Shown: positions 1 to 11,068 of the stretch, piece after piece | How the letters are laid out: every line of letters starts with the position of its first letter | How positions within the stretch are numbered: the first letter of the stretch is position 1 | DNA from: an uncultured cyanobacterium | GTDB taxonomy: Bacteria; Cyanobacteriota; Cyanobacteriia; CAKZMO01 | Assembly: GCA_963719515.1 (NCBI GenBank) | Contig: CAVRCJ010000019.1 | Location: 1-64,000, forward strand | Direction of reading: 5' to 3' | Length of the DNA stretch: 64,000 bases | The notes under the pieces: generated by a model | Database searches by the model: none | What the model was told of the DNA's origin: nothing | What the model saw: only the letters and a program-made list of their open reading frames with translations | Position numbers and translations under genes: made by a program

Positions 1-220
1 AGGTAAAAGTATTAGGGACGTCAGCTAGTTTAGAGTATGATCGAAAACCTGACACGTCCTGCTGGATACCGATTTTGAGCAAATGCAGCCTCTCATTTTG
101 TCTGACAGGATGCAGACGAAGCTCGATAAAGAGCGCTAGCCTAGATGAGTCGTTCTATTCTATACGGCTCGCCGCTTAAGCATCTACGTCAAAGGGGATA
201 GCGTGGTTACTCTCATAAAT

Positions 221-238
221 GTTACACTTGTTAACAAT
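221..238 (+). promoter_or_regulatory. HLR1-like (RpaB-binding) direct repeat upstream of sigD
   Basis: GTTACACT-TG-TTAACAAT matches (G/T)TTACA(T/A)(T/A)-N2-(G/T)TTACA(T/A)(T/A) with one mismatch per half; sigD/rpoD3 is a known RpaB target. Confidence 0.55.
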
Positions 239-552
239 TGAAACGAGCTTCGCTCTAGTGAACGGGAAAGCTTAAGTAACGCGATCGCAATGACCTATTG
301 CGGTAGTAGCCAAGTCAATAGACTGCTTCGATGCCCCAAGCCAATCCAATTCAGGGAAAAGCGCTGTGTAGTTCAATCTTGATGTTCAACGCTTTGGGTT
401 GAGTTGAGTTCTGCGCTGTAGCACACCTATCTATCCCAGCAGCCCGTAGGGCTGTACCTGCCATCACAGCTGATCTACAAGACTGCGGCATTCACGCTAA
501 CTGAGCTGCCTGATACCCGCGACAATTTTCTATCTTCATACAACGCTGGTCC

Positions 553-1509
553 ATGAAAACTAAGCTATCGTCAACCGATCTAGTCCGCTCTTACCTCAAA
601 GAGATTGGTCGTGTTCCTCTACTGACCCACGAACAAGAGATTATTTATGGAAAGCAAGTGCAGCAGCTCAACCGTTTTCTGCAGGCTCAAGAGTCTCTTG
701 AGGAGTCTTTAGGGCGTGTACCGACGGCAGCGGAGTGGGCTGAGGCTGCCGGCGTCTCTGAAGACGTCCTAAACCAAGCTGTAGAAGACGGGCAGGCGGC
801 CAAACGCAAGATGGTCGAGGCTAACCTGCGGCTAGTTGTCTCTGTAGCCAAGAAGTACATCAAGCGCAATGTCGATCTATTAGACCTCATTCAAGAGGGC
901 ACCATCGGCATGCAGCGCGGGGTGGAAAAGTTCGATCCCTCTAAAGGGTATCGCTTTTCGACCTATGCCTACTGGTGGATTCGGCAAGCCATCACCCGAG
1001 CGATCGCTGAGAAGGGCCGCACGATCCGGCTGCCCATCCACATTACCGAAAAGCTCAACAAAATCAAGAAAGTCCAGCGCCAGCTCGCTCAGACCCTAGG
1101 GCGCTCTGCCACCGTCGGTGAAATTGCGCAGGAGCTCGACCTGAGTACTAAACAGGTACGAGAATATCTAGAGCGCTCCAGGCTGCCTCTATCCTTGGAT
1201 TTGCGGGTGGGTGATAACCAAGATACAGAGCTCGGTGAGCTTCTAGAGGACACCGGGCCGTCTCCCGAGGATTTCGCCGCCCAGTCTTCCCTAAAGTCAG
1301 AGCTAGCCAGGCTTATGGCCGACCTAACGCCGCAGCAGCAGGAAGTCCTGTCTTTAAGATTCGGCCTGCAGGATGGTCAGACCATGACGCTCGCTAAAAT
1401 TGGGGCAATGCTCGACATCAGCCGCGAGCGGGTCCGCCAGATTGAGCGGGAGGCTCTCACCAAGCTGCGCAAGCGGCAAACCGATATGCGAGAATACCTG
1501 GCGAGCTAG
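553..1509 (+). CDS. sigD: Group 2 RNA polymerase sigma-70 factor, SigD-like
   Basis: Region 1.2 [16 protein letters not shown], region 2 [32 protein letters not shown], region 4 SRERVRQIE; short N-terminus typical of SigD. Confidence 0.85.
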   Translation: MKTKLSSTDLVRSYLKEIGRVPLLTHEQEIIYGKQVQQLNRFLQAQESLEESLGRVPTAAEWAEAAGVSEDVLNQAVEDGQAAKRKMVEANLRLVVSVAKKYIKRNVDLLDLIQEGTIGMQRGVEKFDPSKGYRFSTYAYWWIRQAITRAIAEKGRTIRLPIHITEKLNKIKKVQRQLAQTLGRSATVGEIAQELDLSTKQVREYLERSRLPLSLDLRVGDNQDTELGELLEDTGPSPEDFAAQSSLKSELARLMADLTPQQQEVLSLRFGLQDGQTMTLAKIGAMLDISRERVRQIEREALTKLRKRQTDMREYLAS

Positions 1510-1525
1510 GCTTTTCAGCTGCCGC

Positions 1526-1717
1526 TCACCCGTCTGGGAACTGCCAGCAGGCGATATATTCTATCGACTGACTGCCGCATTGACAGGGCTCGCGCGTGGA
1601 GGCGACCCATTCGTAGGTGCAGCGGCGGCAGCGGCAGTAAATGTTGTTGTGGTTGGCAGCTTCAATTCGCTGCCGCCAGTCTCGCTGCTCTTGGGGTGAA
1701 AGGGGCTCTTGGGCCAT
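1526..1717 (-). CDS. Small conserved cyanobacterial Zn-ribbon protein
   Basis: 63 aa, CxCxxC...CxCGS and C-terminal IACWQFPD. Confidence 0.7.
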   Translation of the reverse strand: MAQEPLSPQEQRDWRQRIEAANHNNIYCRCRRCTYEWVASTREPCQCGSQSIEYIACWQFPDG

Positions 1718-1993
1718 CTGCTTAGCTCCCGAATTAGGGGGGTCGTCTTTTGCACGGGGTCTTCAGGCTGCAGCAGGTGCCGCCAGCAGCAGCCATAGGC
1801 AACCTAGAGCGATCGCCGCCAAGACCGTGCCGATTGAGACATTGAGAACCATCACGAAGTCGCAAGAGCGAATAGAGCCATTACGCTGTCTCCATCATAG
1901 GAACGAAGCTCCGGCTTGGCAAAAGCTTTTCGCCACCAAAACCCCTAAGGCATAATAGACAGGTAAAACGCGTTGCGGACTCGAATTCAGGCT

Positions 1994-2461
1994 ATGAAGC
2001 AGACTTTCATTCACCGGCTTTGGTCTAAAGCTCACACTGCATTAGCTGTCCCCATCCTAATTGTTGGCGGCGCGATCGCCGCTCCAGTACAGGCGCAGAC
2101 GACTCTCTATAGCCCAATTCCCCTGCCGTCTGAGAACGTTATTGACGACATGCTTTCAGATGGCGACATCCCAACTGGATTTGGCGGGTTTGCCCGAGAC
2201 TACGCGGTGACCTTCAGCGAAGGCGACTACGCGGTGATCGATCTCAAGTCAGAGGAGTTCGATACCATTGTGACTTTGCTTGCCCCCGATGGCTCTACCT
2301 TTGGGGAAAATGACGACGGCCCTGACGGCACAACGAACTCAATGCTGTTTGTTCGCATCGAGGAAGGGGGCGCCTATACGCTGAGGGTCAGCCCCTATGC
2401 GGGTCAGGGACTGGGGAGCTTCAATTTAAAGGTGACGCGGCTGCGCCCGGTTGATGAGTAA
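1994..2461 (+). CDS. Secreted PPC (pre-peptidase C-terminal) domain protein
   Basis: Signal-peptide-like N-terminus; FDTIVTLLAPDG..ENDDG..NSML..GAYTLRV pattern. Confidence 0.8.
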   Translation: MKQTFIHRLWSKAHTALAVPILIVGGAIAAPVQAQTTLYSPIPLPSENVIDDMLSDGDIPTGFGGFARDYAVTFSEGDYAVIDLKSEEFDTIVTLLAPDGSTFGENDDGPDGTTNSMLFVRIEEGGAYTLRVSPYAGQGLGSFNLKVTRLRPVDE

Positions 2462-2873
2462 GGGTGGGGTTTTCTCTCACTTACGGTGCTGTAGGATGGC
2501 GGCGTGCTATGGTTGATGCGCATCTAACGTACTAGTCTTGCTAGAGTAAGGGGCATTTGCATCTGCAGCTTGTCTGGACCGCCGAGTTTGTAGCACCCCC
2601 TATGGCGTCGCTGTGGGTAGACATCACCTCTCCCTTAAATGGGTGGAGTCTTGTCGTTCCAGCGCTCCTGCTGAGCCTCATCGGACTAGCAGCGGTGTAT
2701 TTTGCACGCCAGTAGTGTACGGCAGTAGCGCACGGCGGCAGCGCTTGCTACTAGCGCCTAGTTGCGCTCGCTCGCAGTTTAATAGCTGCCCCTAAGCTAA
2801 ACCTCTCTACTAGACTTCATCATCTACTAGACTTCGTTAAATGACTCAAACCCAGCAGCGGCAGCGCTAGTCC

Positions 2874-3713
2874 ATGGCCCAATCGTTAGCTCAAAATGCG
2901 ATCGCTTTTTTAATCGACCTGGCCGAGCGGGGGGAAATTGACCCTTGGAACGTCAAGGTGATTGATGTCATCGACCGATTTTTGAGTCAGCTTCAGCCTG
3001 GAAAGACAGAGGGGGACGTGGTAGGGCAAGCCCCCTATGAGGCAGACCTATCGGAGTCGGGGCAAGCATTTCTCTACGCCTCTATGCTGGTGCTGATCAA
3101 GGCAGATAGTTTAGTCCGCCTCGATCAACCTGAAGCAGAAGAGCCCGAAATTATAGAAGATTTTGCCTCTCCTCGTCTCCCCCTACACCTGGAGAAGCGC
3201 ATCCGCCGCCGCGCTGTCGCCCAACCCATTCCACACCGGCCCATTACCCTCCAGGAACTGATTCGGCAGCTGGAGGTAATGTCATCAGCGATCGCAGAGC
3301 ACAAGCCTCGTCGCCGCGCCCGGCGGCCTACACCCCAGGCTAAATCAAAGGCGGTGCGGGCTATAGCCCAGCTGGCCCACCAGGAAAATCTTTCTGAAGT
3401 GGCAGAAGCCTTAGAGCGAGCGCTACATGAGCACTGGCCGCACATCAGTCAGGGCGCTCAGTGGCTTGAGTTTGACCAGCTGCTAGACTGGTGGGTAACC
3501 TCAGAAGTCTGCGCCCAGGTGAATGAGAACCAAAATCATCGCACCCCCCAAAGCGATCGCGTAGGCGTTTTCTGGGCACTTTTATTTTTATCGGCTCAGT
3601 CTAAGGTAGAACTGTCTCAACAGGCTTTCTATCAAGATCTGAACGTCCGGGCTATTCAGGCCGATGAGGATATGACGGCTGCTGTCGTGGAGTCTATTGC
3701 GGCTCTTGACTAG
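2874..3713 (+). CDS. scpA: Segregation and condensation protein A (kleisin)
   Basis: EIDPWNVKVIDVIDRFL, ASMLVLIKAD, VFWALLFLSAQSKVELSQ. Confidence 0.85.
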   Translation: MAQSLAQNAIAFLIDLAERGEIDPWNVKVIDVIDRFLSQLQPGKTEGDVVGQAPYEADLSESGQAFLYASMLVLIKADSLVRLDQPEAEEPEIIEDFASPRLPLHLEKRIRRRAVAQPIPHRPITLQELIRQLEVMSSAIAEHKPRRRARRPTPQAKSKAVRAIAQLAHQENLSEVAEALERALHEHWPHISQGAQWLEFDQLLDWWVTSEVCAQVNENQNHRTPQSDRVGVFWALLFLSAQSKVELSQQAFYQDLNVRAIQADEDMTAAVVESIAALD

Positions 3714-4091
3714 ACTCTCCCTAAGATTCTGCTTAAACCGAGTCCAAAATTTTGGCTATGGCCTGACGCGCTCAGGAAACGGAGTATGGGGTATTGTGCC
3801 AAACGTCTTTTCCTAGCAGTGCCCGAGCTCAGTCTTAGCCATGGCTCCGGGCGGAAGTGCCGTTCGATACCAGATGACTGACACGTTAAATTTATAGACT
3901 GTCTACCGACCAATATAGATTGCATAAAGTTGTGAATCTACCGGTGCCACCGGTTTATACCGTATGAAAAACTGAAGGGGTTCATGCCGGATGGACACGT
4001 ACATGTTTAAATTTATTTGAATTGTTAGACGAGTCCAGCACTTCTGAGAAATTAGACTACAAATAGCCCGACGTAGAGGAAAATAAAGTAT

Positions 4092-5261
4092 ATGAAAGCG
4101 ATGATCCTGGCTGCCGGTAAAGGTACTCGAGTTCGCCCGATTACCTACACCATTCCTAAGCCAATGATTCCCATCATGCACAAGCCCGTGATGGAGTTTT
4201 TGCTCGATCTTCTGCGGCAGCATGGATTCGACCAGATCATGGTCAACGTCAGTCATCTGGCCAACGAGATCGAGGGGTATTTTAGAGATGGGCAGCGGTT
4301 TGGCGTTCAAATTGGCTACTCTTTTGAAGGCCGAATTGAGGACGGCGAGCTGCTTGGAGATGCCCTTGGCTCTGCAGGCGGCATGCGCAAAATTCAGGAC
4401 TTCAAGCCGTTCTTTGACGACACCTTTGTGGTGCTCTGCGGCGACGCCCTCATCGATTTAGATCTGACCAAGGCTATTCAGTGGCACCGCGAGAAAGGCT
4501 CAATTGCCACAATTATCATGAAGCCTGTGCCCCGCGAGCAGGTTTCCAGCTACGGGGTGGTGGTCACCGATGAGGAGGGCCGGATTAAGCAGTTCCAGGA
4601 AAAACCCTCTGTTGAAGAAGCCATTAGCACCGACATCAACACCGGCATCTACATCTTTGAGCCGGAAATCTTTGACTATATCCCCTCGGGCCAAGAGTTT
4701 GACATCGGCGGCGACCTTTTCCCGAAGCTGGTAGAGAAAGGAGCGCCTTTTTACGGCATTTCCATGGACTTCGAGTGGGTAGACATCGGTAAGGTGCCCG
4801 ACTACTGGCAGGCGGTGCGGGGCGTGCTCCAGGGCGACATTAAAAATGTGCCTATCCCCGGCGTTGAGGTGAAGCCCGGCATCTACACCGGCCTCAACGT
4901 GGCGGTAAACTGGGACAAGGTCGATATTCAAGGGCCGGTCTACATCGGTGCGATGACCCGCATTGAAGACGGCGCTCGCATTATCGGACCCACCATGATT
5001 GGCCCCAGCTGCCGAATCTGTAGCGGTGCCACCATCGACAACAGCGTCATCTTCGAGTACTCACGCATTGGCCCTGAGGCCCTGTTGAGCAACAAGCTGG
5101 TGTTTGGTCGCTACTGCGTCGACCGCACAGGAGCTTCCGTTGACCTCCAGGCCGCAGCCCTGGACTGGCTGATTACCGACAGCCGCCAGATGCTGCCGGA
5201 GAACGCCCCCATCGAGCAGCAGGCGATCGCCGAGCTTCTGAACGTCAAGGCCAAACGGTAA
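4092..5261 (+). CDS. cugP: NDP-sugar pyrophosphorylase, cyanobacterial UDP-glucose pyrophosphorylase CugP type
   Basis: MKAMILAAGKGTRVRPITYTIPKP, FQEKP, WVDIGKVPDY, C-terminal hexapeptide repeats. Confidence 0.8.
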   Translation: MKAMILAAGKGTRVRPITYTIPKPMIPIMHKPVMEFLLDLLRQHGFDQIMVNVSHLANEIEGYFRDGQRFGVQIGYSFEGRIEDGELLGDALGSAGGMRKIQDFKPFFDDTFVVLCGDALIDLDLTKAIQWHREKGSIATIIMKPVPREQVSSYGVVVTDEEGRIKQFQEKPSVEEAISTDINTGIYIFEPEIFDYIPSGQEFDIGGDLFPKLVEKGAPFYGISMDFEWVDIGKVPDYWQAVRGVLQGDIKNVPIPGVEVKPGIYTGLNVAVNWDKVDIQGPVYIGAMTRIEDGARIIGPTMIGPSCRICSGATIDNSVIFEYSRIGPEALLSNKLVFGRYCVDRTGASVDLQAAALDWLITDSRQMLPENAPIEQQAIAELLNVKAKR

Positions 5262-5300
5262 CTGCATCGCCTGAGGGCTTGAGAAAATCTGTTTGAACGG

Positions 5301-5329
5301 GTAGGGATATGGCACTGCCATGTCCCTAC
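5301..5329. repeat. GTAG-type REP-like palindrome
   Basis: GTAGGGATATGGCA-C-TGCCATGTCCCTAC, intergenic after cugP. Confidence 0.7.
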
Positions 5330-5570
5330 GATACGTTGGGACATGGGAGACGGGGCGGCAGGCCCAGGGCAAAATGGTTTTGCTAGACTGTATATTACGG
5401 TGGCCCTATCGCGTAGGACAAAGCTTTTGGCCTAAAGCCAGACGTTGAGCAGGCGATAGGGCGCTCAACTGTCTCCACTCGTAAGAACAGTTGCGATCAA
5501 TGCAGGGCGCTCTGAAGCAGTCCCGGCATCGCTTTCGCCTCACCCCTTTCCTCAGGACACCTCTTAGGCT

Positions 5571-7037
5571 ATGACCTCCACTCTTCTTTCCAAAGAACTG
5601 CCGACCCTTAAGTACGACACCCCCCGCGATCGCTTTGGGGAGTCTTGGCGATCGCCGCTGTCGACGCTGCTGGGGTTAGGTCGCGCAGCGGGGGCAGATT
5701 TCGTCGAGTTTTTCCTAGAGCGCGTCAACTACATTAGCGCTTTGGCTGAGGAAGACGCCATCACCAGCATCACACCTCGCTTGGCGACGGGCGCTGGGGT
5801 GCGGGTCTTTTTGGGCAAGGGCGACTGCTACGTCAGCACCAACGACCTGAGCTTTGAGGGATTGCGATCGGCGCTAGAGAAGGCGCTCTCAATTTTAGGA
5901 TTGCACATCCCAGCGCCCAACTCCTACGTCCCCGAAACCAACCTAGAGCTGCTGCGAGACTACGTCGCTGTCCACAGCAAAGATCAGTGGTTGGGCAAAA
6001 CCAGCTCGTTTCAAGAAATGGGCGACATTTTGCTGAGCTCCACTGCCCAGCTCGAAAAAGTGGGGAGCCATATCCAGTCCCGGCGGGCCTCTTATTTCCG
6101 CGATTGGCAAGAGGTGCTGGTGGCCGCTAGCGACGGTACCTTTGCCCACGACATTCGCCTCACCCAGTCTGTAGGCTGCAATCTGCTGTGCGCCGACGGC
6201 GAGAATCGCTCCTCTATCAGCAAGCGTTTGGGTAATACCGGCGATCCCGCCTTCCTGCGCAGCTGGAACTATGGCGACACCACAGAAGAAATTTCTGAGT
6301 CAGCGGGCAAGATGCTCTACGCCGACTACGTCGAGTCTGGCTCTTACCCGGTCATCATGGCCAACCACTTTGGCGGCGTGATCTTCCACGAAGCCTGCGG
6401 TCACCTGCTGGAGACCACGCAGATTGAGCGACAGACCACTCCCTTTGCCGACAAGAAAGGGCAAAAGATTGCCCACGAAAGCCTTACAGCTTGGGATGAG
6501 GGGCTCTCCGACAAAGAGTTCGGCACCATCGATATGGATGATGAGGGCATGCCCGCTCAGCGTACCCTGCTGATTGAGAACGGTATTTTGAAGAATTTCT
6601 TGAGCGATCGCGCTGGCTCGGTGCGTACGGGCCACCCTCGCACGGGTAGCGGTCGCCGTCAGAGCTATGCCTTTGCGGCGGCAAGCCGGATGCGCAACAC
6701 CTACATTGCGCCGGGCGAGCACTCGGTGGAAGATCTATTCGCCTCGGTAGAGAAGGGGATTTACTGCAAGAAGATGGGCGGCGGCAGCGTCGGACCGACG
6801 GGCGAGTTTAACTTTGGGGTGGATGAGGCGTACCTGATTGAGAACGGCGAGATCACCAAGCCGCTCAAGGGCGCGATTTTAATTGGTGAAGCGAAGGAGA
6901 TCATGAACAAGATCTCGATGTGCTCCAAGGATCTGGGCCTAGCGGCGGGGTTCTGCGGCTCGATTAGCGGCAGCATTTACGTCACGGTGGGCCAGCCCCA
7001 CATCAAGGTGGACGACATCACCATCGGCGGCCGGTAA
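5571..7037 (+). CDS. tldD: TldD metalloprotease
   Basis: HEACGH metal motif, DDEG, RMRNTY, C-terminal [12 protein letters not shown]. Confidence 0.92.
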   Translation: MTSTLLSKELPTLKYDTPRDRFGESWRSPLSTLLGLGRAAGADFVEFFLERVNYISALAEEDAITSITPRLATGAGVRVFLGKGDCYVSTNDLSFEGLRSALEKALSILGLHIPAPNSYVPETNLELLRDYVAVHSKDQWLGKTSSFQEMGDILLSSTAQLEKVGSHIQSRRASYFRDWQEVLVAASDGTFAHDIRLTQSVGCNLLCADGENRSSISKRLGNTGDPAFLRSWNYGDTTEEISESAGKMLYADYVESGSYPVIMANHFGGVIFHEACGHLLETTQIERQTTPFADKKGQKIAHESLTAWDEGLSDKEFGTIDMDDEGMPAQRTLLIENGILKNFLSDRAGSVRTGHPRTGSGRRQSYAFAAASRMRNTYIAPGEHSVEDLFASVEKGIYCKKMGGGSVGPTGEFNFGVDEAYLIENGEITKPLKGAILIGEAKEIMNKISMCSKDLGLAAGFCGSISGSIYVTVGQPHIKVDDITIGGR

Positions 7038-7065
7038 TCACGTCGGTCATCCCACCACACACCAC

Positions 7066-7093
7066 GCAAGGGCACAGCATGCTGTGCCCCTAA
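7066..7093. repeat. REP-like palindrome
   Basis: GGGCACAGCA|TGCTGTGCCC perfect palindrome, near-identical to 36087-36114. Confidence 0.7.
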
Positions 7094-7127
7094 CCGCTCT
7101 AACGCCTATCCCATATCTCGATAAATC

Positions 7128-8465
7128 ATGCCTACCGTCAACGACATCGCCTCTAACGCCGAATCGATCGCCCACAAAATGGGCATCAAAAAATACGACA
7201 TCTACGGCTCTTCAGTCGACGAGAACAGCGCTCAAGTGGACCACGGCGAACCTAAGCAGGTCAAGGCCTCCAATCGCTCCAGCGTCATCGTGCGCGTTTG
7301 GAACGAAGAAGGCACCCTCGGCGTCACCTCTACCACCGATGTGGACCCCACCGGGTTAGAGCTAGCCCTAAAAACCGCCCAGGCCGCCAGCGCCTTCGGC
7401 CCTAAAGAGCATATCCCCGACTTTAGCCCAGAGGCTAAGGCCGAAATGAACAGCCCCGGCGACCAGACCGCGCCTCAGGTCGAGGTGTCGCGGCTAATTG
7501 ACACCCTCGTCGGCGCTGAAAAGCAGCTCGTAGACGCCCATGAGGCGATCGCCGGAGTGCCCTACAACGGACTGTCCCAGCGGGACGTAGAGAAGTTTTA
7601 CCTCAACAGCGATGGGGCCCGGCGGCAAGAGGCCTGCTCCTACGCATCGCTGTATTTGTACAGCAAGACGGAGCAGGATGGACGTAAGCCTCGCAGCGCG
7701 GGGGCCTATCGGGTAAGCCGCAGCTTTGACAAGCTGGACATCGACGGCTGCCTAAAAGAGGCTGCGGAGAAAACCATCAGTCACCTCAACTACGAAAAGA
7801 TCAAGACGGGCAAATATCAGGTGGTGTTCTCCCCTGAGGCCTTCTTGAGCCTGTTTGGGGCGTTCTCTAATCTGTTTAACGCCCAGCGCATTTTGGATAA
7901 GCAAAGCCTCTCTACTCCCGATTCCTTGGGAAGCGCAATCGCCTCGCCGCTGCTGTCGGTGCATGACGACGCTCGCCACCCGGACAACGTTGCGCTGGAG
8001 ACCTTCGACGGCGAAGGCACCCCCACCCGTCAGGTCCCCTTGATCACCGATGGCGTACTCACTAGCTTTATCCACAGTGCTGGCACCGCCCTGCGTCTGG
8101 GCGCGGCCCCCACAGGCAACGCCGGCATCGGGGCGAAGGTGAGCGTCGGCTCCAACTTCTACCACGTGTTTGGTAAAGCAGGGGACGGTACCTTTGACCT
8201 TGACAGCAGCGAGGGGACGTTGCTCATCGACGACCTGAGCGCTATCCATGCGGGCGTCAACGCTCTGCAGGGCTCTTTCTCTTTGCCCTTCGACGGTTGG
8301 CTAATTCGCGGCGGTGAGCGCGTTAGCGTCGACTCCGCTACCATCGCCGGGGATATCGGCGAGGTGCTGAAGTCCATCATTCACGTGGAGTCGGAGTCGG
8401 AAGTTACGCCCGGCGGCATCTGCCCTCGCGTGTGGGTGCAGGGTCTGTCCGTTACGGGAGAGTAG
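7128..8465 (+). CDS. tldE: TldE/PmbA family protein
   Basis: FDGEG motif, no HExxxH, follows tldD. Confidence 0.88.
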   Translation: MPTVNDIASNAESIAHKMGIKKYDIYGSSVDENSAQVDHGEPKQVKASNRSSVIVRVWNEEGTLGVTSTTDVDPTGLELALKTAQAASAFGPKEHIPDFSPEAKAEMNSPGDQTAPQVEVSRLIDTLVGAEKQLVDAHEAIAGVPYNGLSQRDVEKFYLNSDGARRQEACSYASLYLYSKTEQDGRKPRSAGAYRVSRSFDKLDIDGCLKEAAEKTISHLNYEKIKTGKYQVVFSPEAFLSLFGAFSNLFNAQRILDKQSLSTPDSLGSAIASPLLSVHDDARHPDNVALETFDGEGTPTRQVPLITDGVLTSFIHSAGTALRLGAAPTGNAGIGAKVSVGSNFYHVFGKAGDGTFDLDSSEGTLLIDDLSAIHAGVNALQGSFSLPFDGWLIRGGERVSVDSATIAGDIGEVLKSIIHVESESEVTPGGICPRVWVQGLSVTGE

Positions 8466-9065
8466 TTAGCCCAGCTTCTCCCCGCTGAGCACAAATACTG
8501 GGTCAGCCGCCACAAACGTCTGGCGATTGCCTCGCGTTTCGAGGCGGTTGACCGCTGACTGTACGACTTCTATATGCCGGGCACGCAGTTCTGAGAGTCC
8601 TTCTGACAGAGAGTAGAGTTCGTCTAGGCTGTAGGCCGTCGCCACCATGCGCCCCTCATTCCGCAGATGCTCCCAGGCCTGTAGCAAAATATCTTTGATC
8701 GCCCGCCCCCCTTCGATGCAGATGCAGTCAGGGGAGGCGGGCAATTCTTTAAAGCAGTCGGGGGCGCTGCCCGCTACCACCTGCACGTTACCGACGCCGA
8801 AGCGATCGCAGTTGAGCTGAATGAGCTGGGCAACGTCTTCGTCTCGCTCTACGGCGACGATGCGGCTCTTGGGGCAGAGCAGCCCTACCTCTACCGGAAT
8901 CGTCCCGGTCCCGGCGCCGATGTCCCAAAACACCGAGTTTGCCTTAAGCCGCAGGTGGGAGATCAGCAACAGGCGGATCTCCCGCTCGCTCATGGGAATG
9001 CCGGGAAGCCGCTCAAAGAGGCGATCGGGAATGCCGGGAGTTTGGTAGGGCCAGAGGGACGACAT
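8466..9065 (-). CDS. cbiT: Precorrin-6Y C5,15-methyltransferase (decarboxylating) CbiT
   Basis: GIPDRLF..PMSEREIR, WDIGAGTGTI SAM motif. Confidence 0.88.
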   Translation of the reverse strand: MSSLWPYQTPGIPDRLFERLPGIPMSEREIRLLLISHLRLKANSVFWDIGAGTGTIPVEVGLLCPKSRIVAVERDEDVAQLIQLNCDRFGVGNVQVVAGSAPDCFKELPASPDCICIEGGRAIKDILLQAWEHLRNEGRMVATAYSLDELYSLSEGLSELRARHIEVVQSAVNRLETRGNRQTFVAADPVFVLSGEKLG

Positions 9066-9117
9066 TACTCTAGGCCGCCAAAGTCAGGGTGGTCCGAGCT
9101 AAAGCAGGATGAATTTA

Positions 9118-9189
9118 TGGGTCGCCTGGGACTCGAACCCAGAACAAATCGGTTAAAAGCCGAGTACTCTACCATTGAGCTAGCGACCC
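9118..9189 (-). tRNA. tRNA-Lys (UUU)
   Basis: Reverse complement GGGTCGCTAGCTCAATGGTAGAGTACTCGGCTTTTAACCGATTTGTTCTGGGTTCGAGTCCCAGGCGACCCA folds as a cloverleaf; anticodon TTT; no encoded CCA. Confidence 0.95.
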
Positions 9190-9454
9190 GTTTGACGTTG
9201 CTGACAGCTTTAAAATAAAGCCAAATCAGCGGACGGTATATCACTCTATCACAGATTTTGCTGAGTAGGTGAACCGTCGGACTGGCTTATGGCCAACTCC
9301 TCTAATCTAGCATCAACTTCCCCCCTATGATCCGATTTGCAGGCGGAACTTTGAGTGCCAGGATAAATTCCGTCCCATGCTCAATGGCCGAGGGCCCTCT
9401 TCGCGGCCTTAATAGAATAAGGCCACCCTCTCCGCAGCCCCAACCTTTAACTCA

Positions 9455-9964
9455 ATGCACATGAGGTCTCGAATGATGAATCTCTCCAAAAATTTGGCCC
9501 TATCCATCGCGCTCGGCCTACTGACTACGCTACTCGTCGTCGGGCCTACTGTTGCGACCCCCTCGGCAAGCGCCCCGCCAAATGTCTCGCTTAGTCAGAC
9601 CCCGCTCCAAGCAATACCAACGGTGCAGCCCTACTATTATCTGCCTGCACCGCCGGTTACCCAGGTGACGCCCGCGGACGGAAGTATCAGTATCCGGCTC
9701 GTCAACACTATCGGTGCTCCCATCACTTACGAAGTGGTGACCGACACCGAGCAGCGATCGCTTCCTGCCAACTCCGACGTTCTGCTGCAAAACCTGCCGC
9801 TGCCGGTCAGTATCTTCCTGTACCGTCCGGATACAGGCCTCATCCGGCCAACTGCCGCCGCCACGCCGGGTCAGCTAGAGCTAACGCTGGGGGCTACGGT
9901 AGACTTTTCTGAGAACGTGCGCAGCATCGAACTCGACAGATCGGGCTACCTGTTTTTTGAATAG
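9455..9964 (+). CDS. Hypothetical secreted protein
   Basis: ORF with signal-peptide-like hydrophobic N-terminus; start probably ~9473-9476. Confidence 0.65.
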   Translation: MHMRSRMMNLSKNLALSIALGLLTTLLVVGPTVATPSASAPPNVSLSQTPLQAIPTVQPYYYLPAPPVTQVTPADGSISIRLVNTIGAPITYEVVTDTEQRSLPANSDVLLQNLPLPVSIFLYRPDTGLIRPTAAATPGQLELTLGATVDFSENVRSIELDRSGYLFFE

Positions 9965-9986
9965 GCTTAACGGCCTTGGTAGTCCG

Positions 9987-10478
9987 TTAGCGATAGTTGG
10001 TGAACTGGAGGGCTACGGGATAGTCCTCTTGTTTGAGGCGGTTGATGACGGTTTGCAGATCGTCTCTCGACTTGCTGGTGACGCGAACAGAATCCCCCTG
10101 TATAGAGGCCTGAATTTTGTTGAACTCGTCGCGAATCAGCTTAGAGATTTTTTTGGCCAGCTCGCTGCTGAGCCCCTTTCGCAGCGTGATAATCTGTCGT
10201 ACTCGGGTCCCGGTGGCCGACTCGATGGAGCCGTAGTCGAAAATCTTAAGCGATAAGTTGCGCTTAATGGCCTTGGTCTGCATCACGTCGTGAACGGTCT
10301 GTAGGGTGAACTCGCTATCGGTGGTAATGGTGATCGTGTCGTCTCCGAGCTCAACGCTAGTGTCAGTGCTTTTGAGGTCATATCGGCTCTTTATTTCGCG
10401 GCGAGCTTGATCTAGGGCGTTGACTAACTCTTGGCGATCAAAGTCGCTGACCACGTCGAAGGAGTAGGAAGAAGCCAT
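9987..10478 (-). CDS. yajQ: YajQ family nucleotide/c-di-GMP-binding protein
   Basis: [39 protein letters not shown]. Confidence 0.93.
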   Translation of the reverse strand: MASSYSFDVVSDFDRQELVNALDQARREIKSRYDLKSTDTSVELGDDTITITTDSEFTLQTVHDVMQTKAIKRNLSLKIFDYGSIESATGTRVRQIITLRKGLSSELAKKISKLIRDEFNKIQASIQGDSVRVTSKSRDDLQTVINRLKQEDYPVALQFTNYR

Positions 10479-10551
10479 AGGTCTATTTCAGGAGTAAAGG
10501 ATCAAAGGGATGTAGATCAGCCTATGCGATCGCACTCAGGCTGGCTAGCGC

Positions 10552-10977
10552 TCAGGCGACTGTTCTCAGGCTGAGAATGAACAGGGTGAAGGTGCCCAAA
10601 GAGCCTACCCCAAACATCAGCGATCGCAGCGGAGCCACATCGAGAATGTAAAACACGGGATACAGAGCGCGGGCAACGACATGGGCGATCGCGGCGATGA
10701 GCGCAGCAGTCGAATCGACTCCGGTGACGTAGGCCATCAGCGCAGCGGCTGAAAATAATATGAACGCCTCAAAGCTGTTTTGGTGGGCCCAAGTTGCCCT
10801 CTGAGCAAACTTGGGCAGCTTATCGGTCAATGCCCGCGGAGCGGCAAACATCTGGAGAGGAGACTCCATCTGCCTGCTAGTATTGACGCGCCCGTAGGCA
10901 ACGACCAAAAACGGGAAGTAGACCAGCAGGGCGTCTGCAACAATGCAGTAAAGCAGGACAGTCGGGGTAGGTGGCAT
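10552..10977 (-). CDS. MAPEG family membrane protein
   Basis: RATWAHQNSFEAF motif, 4 hydrophobic segments. Confidence 0.85.
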   Translation of the reverse strand: MPPTPTVLLYCIVADALLVYFPFLVVAYGRVNTSRQMESPLQMFAAPRALTDKLPKFAQRATWAHQNSFEAFILFSAAALMAYVTGVDSTAALIAAIAHVVARALYPVFYILDVAPLRSLMFGVGSLGTFTLFILSLRTVA

Positions 10978-11068
10978 GATTTATAGCTGACGGACATCAT
11001 ATCTATGCTACAGGCTAGACTCCGCTCGGTTAGCGCGGACGTCTCTACCGAATGCCGCCGCTAGGCCC

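Noticed and set aside
2462..2873. Possible ncRNA or small ORF before scpA
   Set aside because: Only weak, short pairings, and the 60-aa ORF has no recognisable features
5571..8465. TldD/E as part of a RiPP cluster
   Set aside because: No precursor peptide or YcaO/modifying genes nearby; ordinary conserved pair
9118..9964. tRNA-Lys as an integration site for an island
   Set aside because: No integrase and no duplicated tRNA 3' end; the flanking genes are core genes
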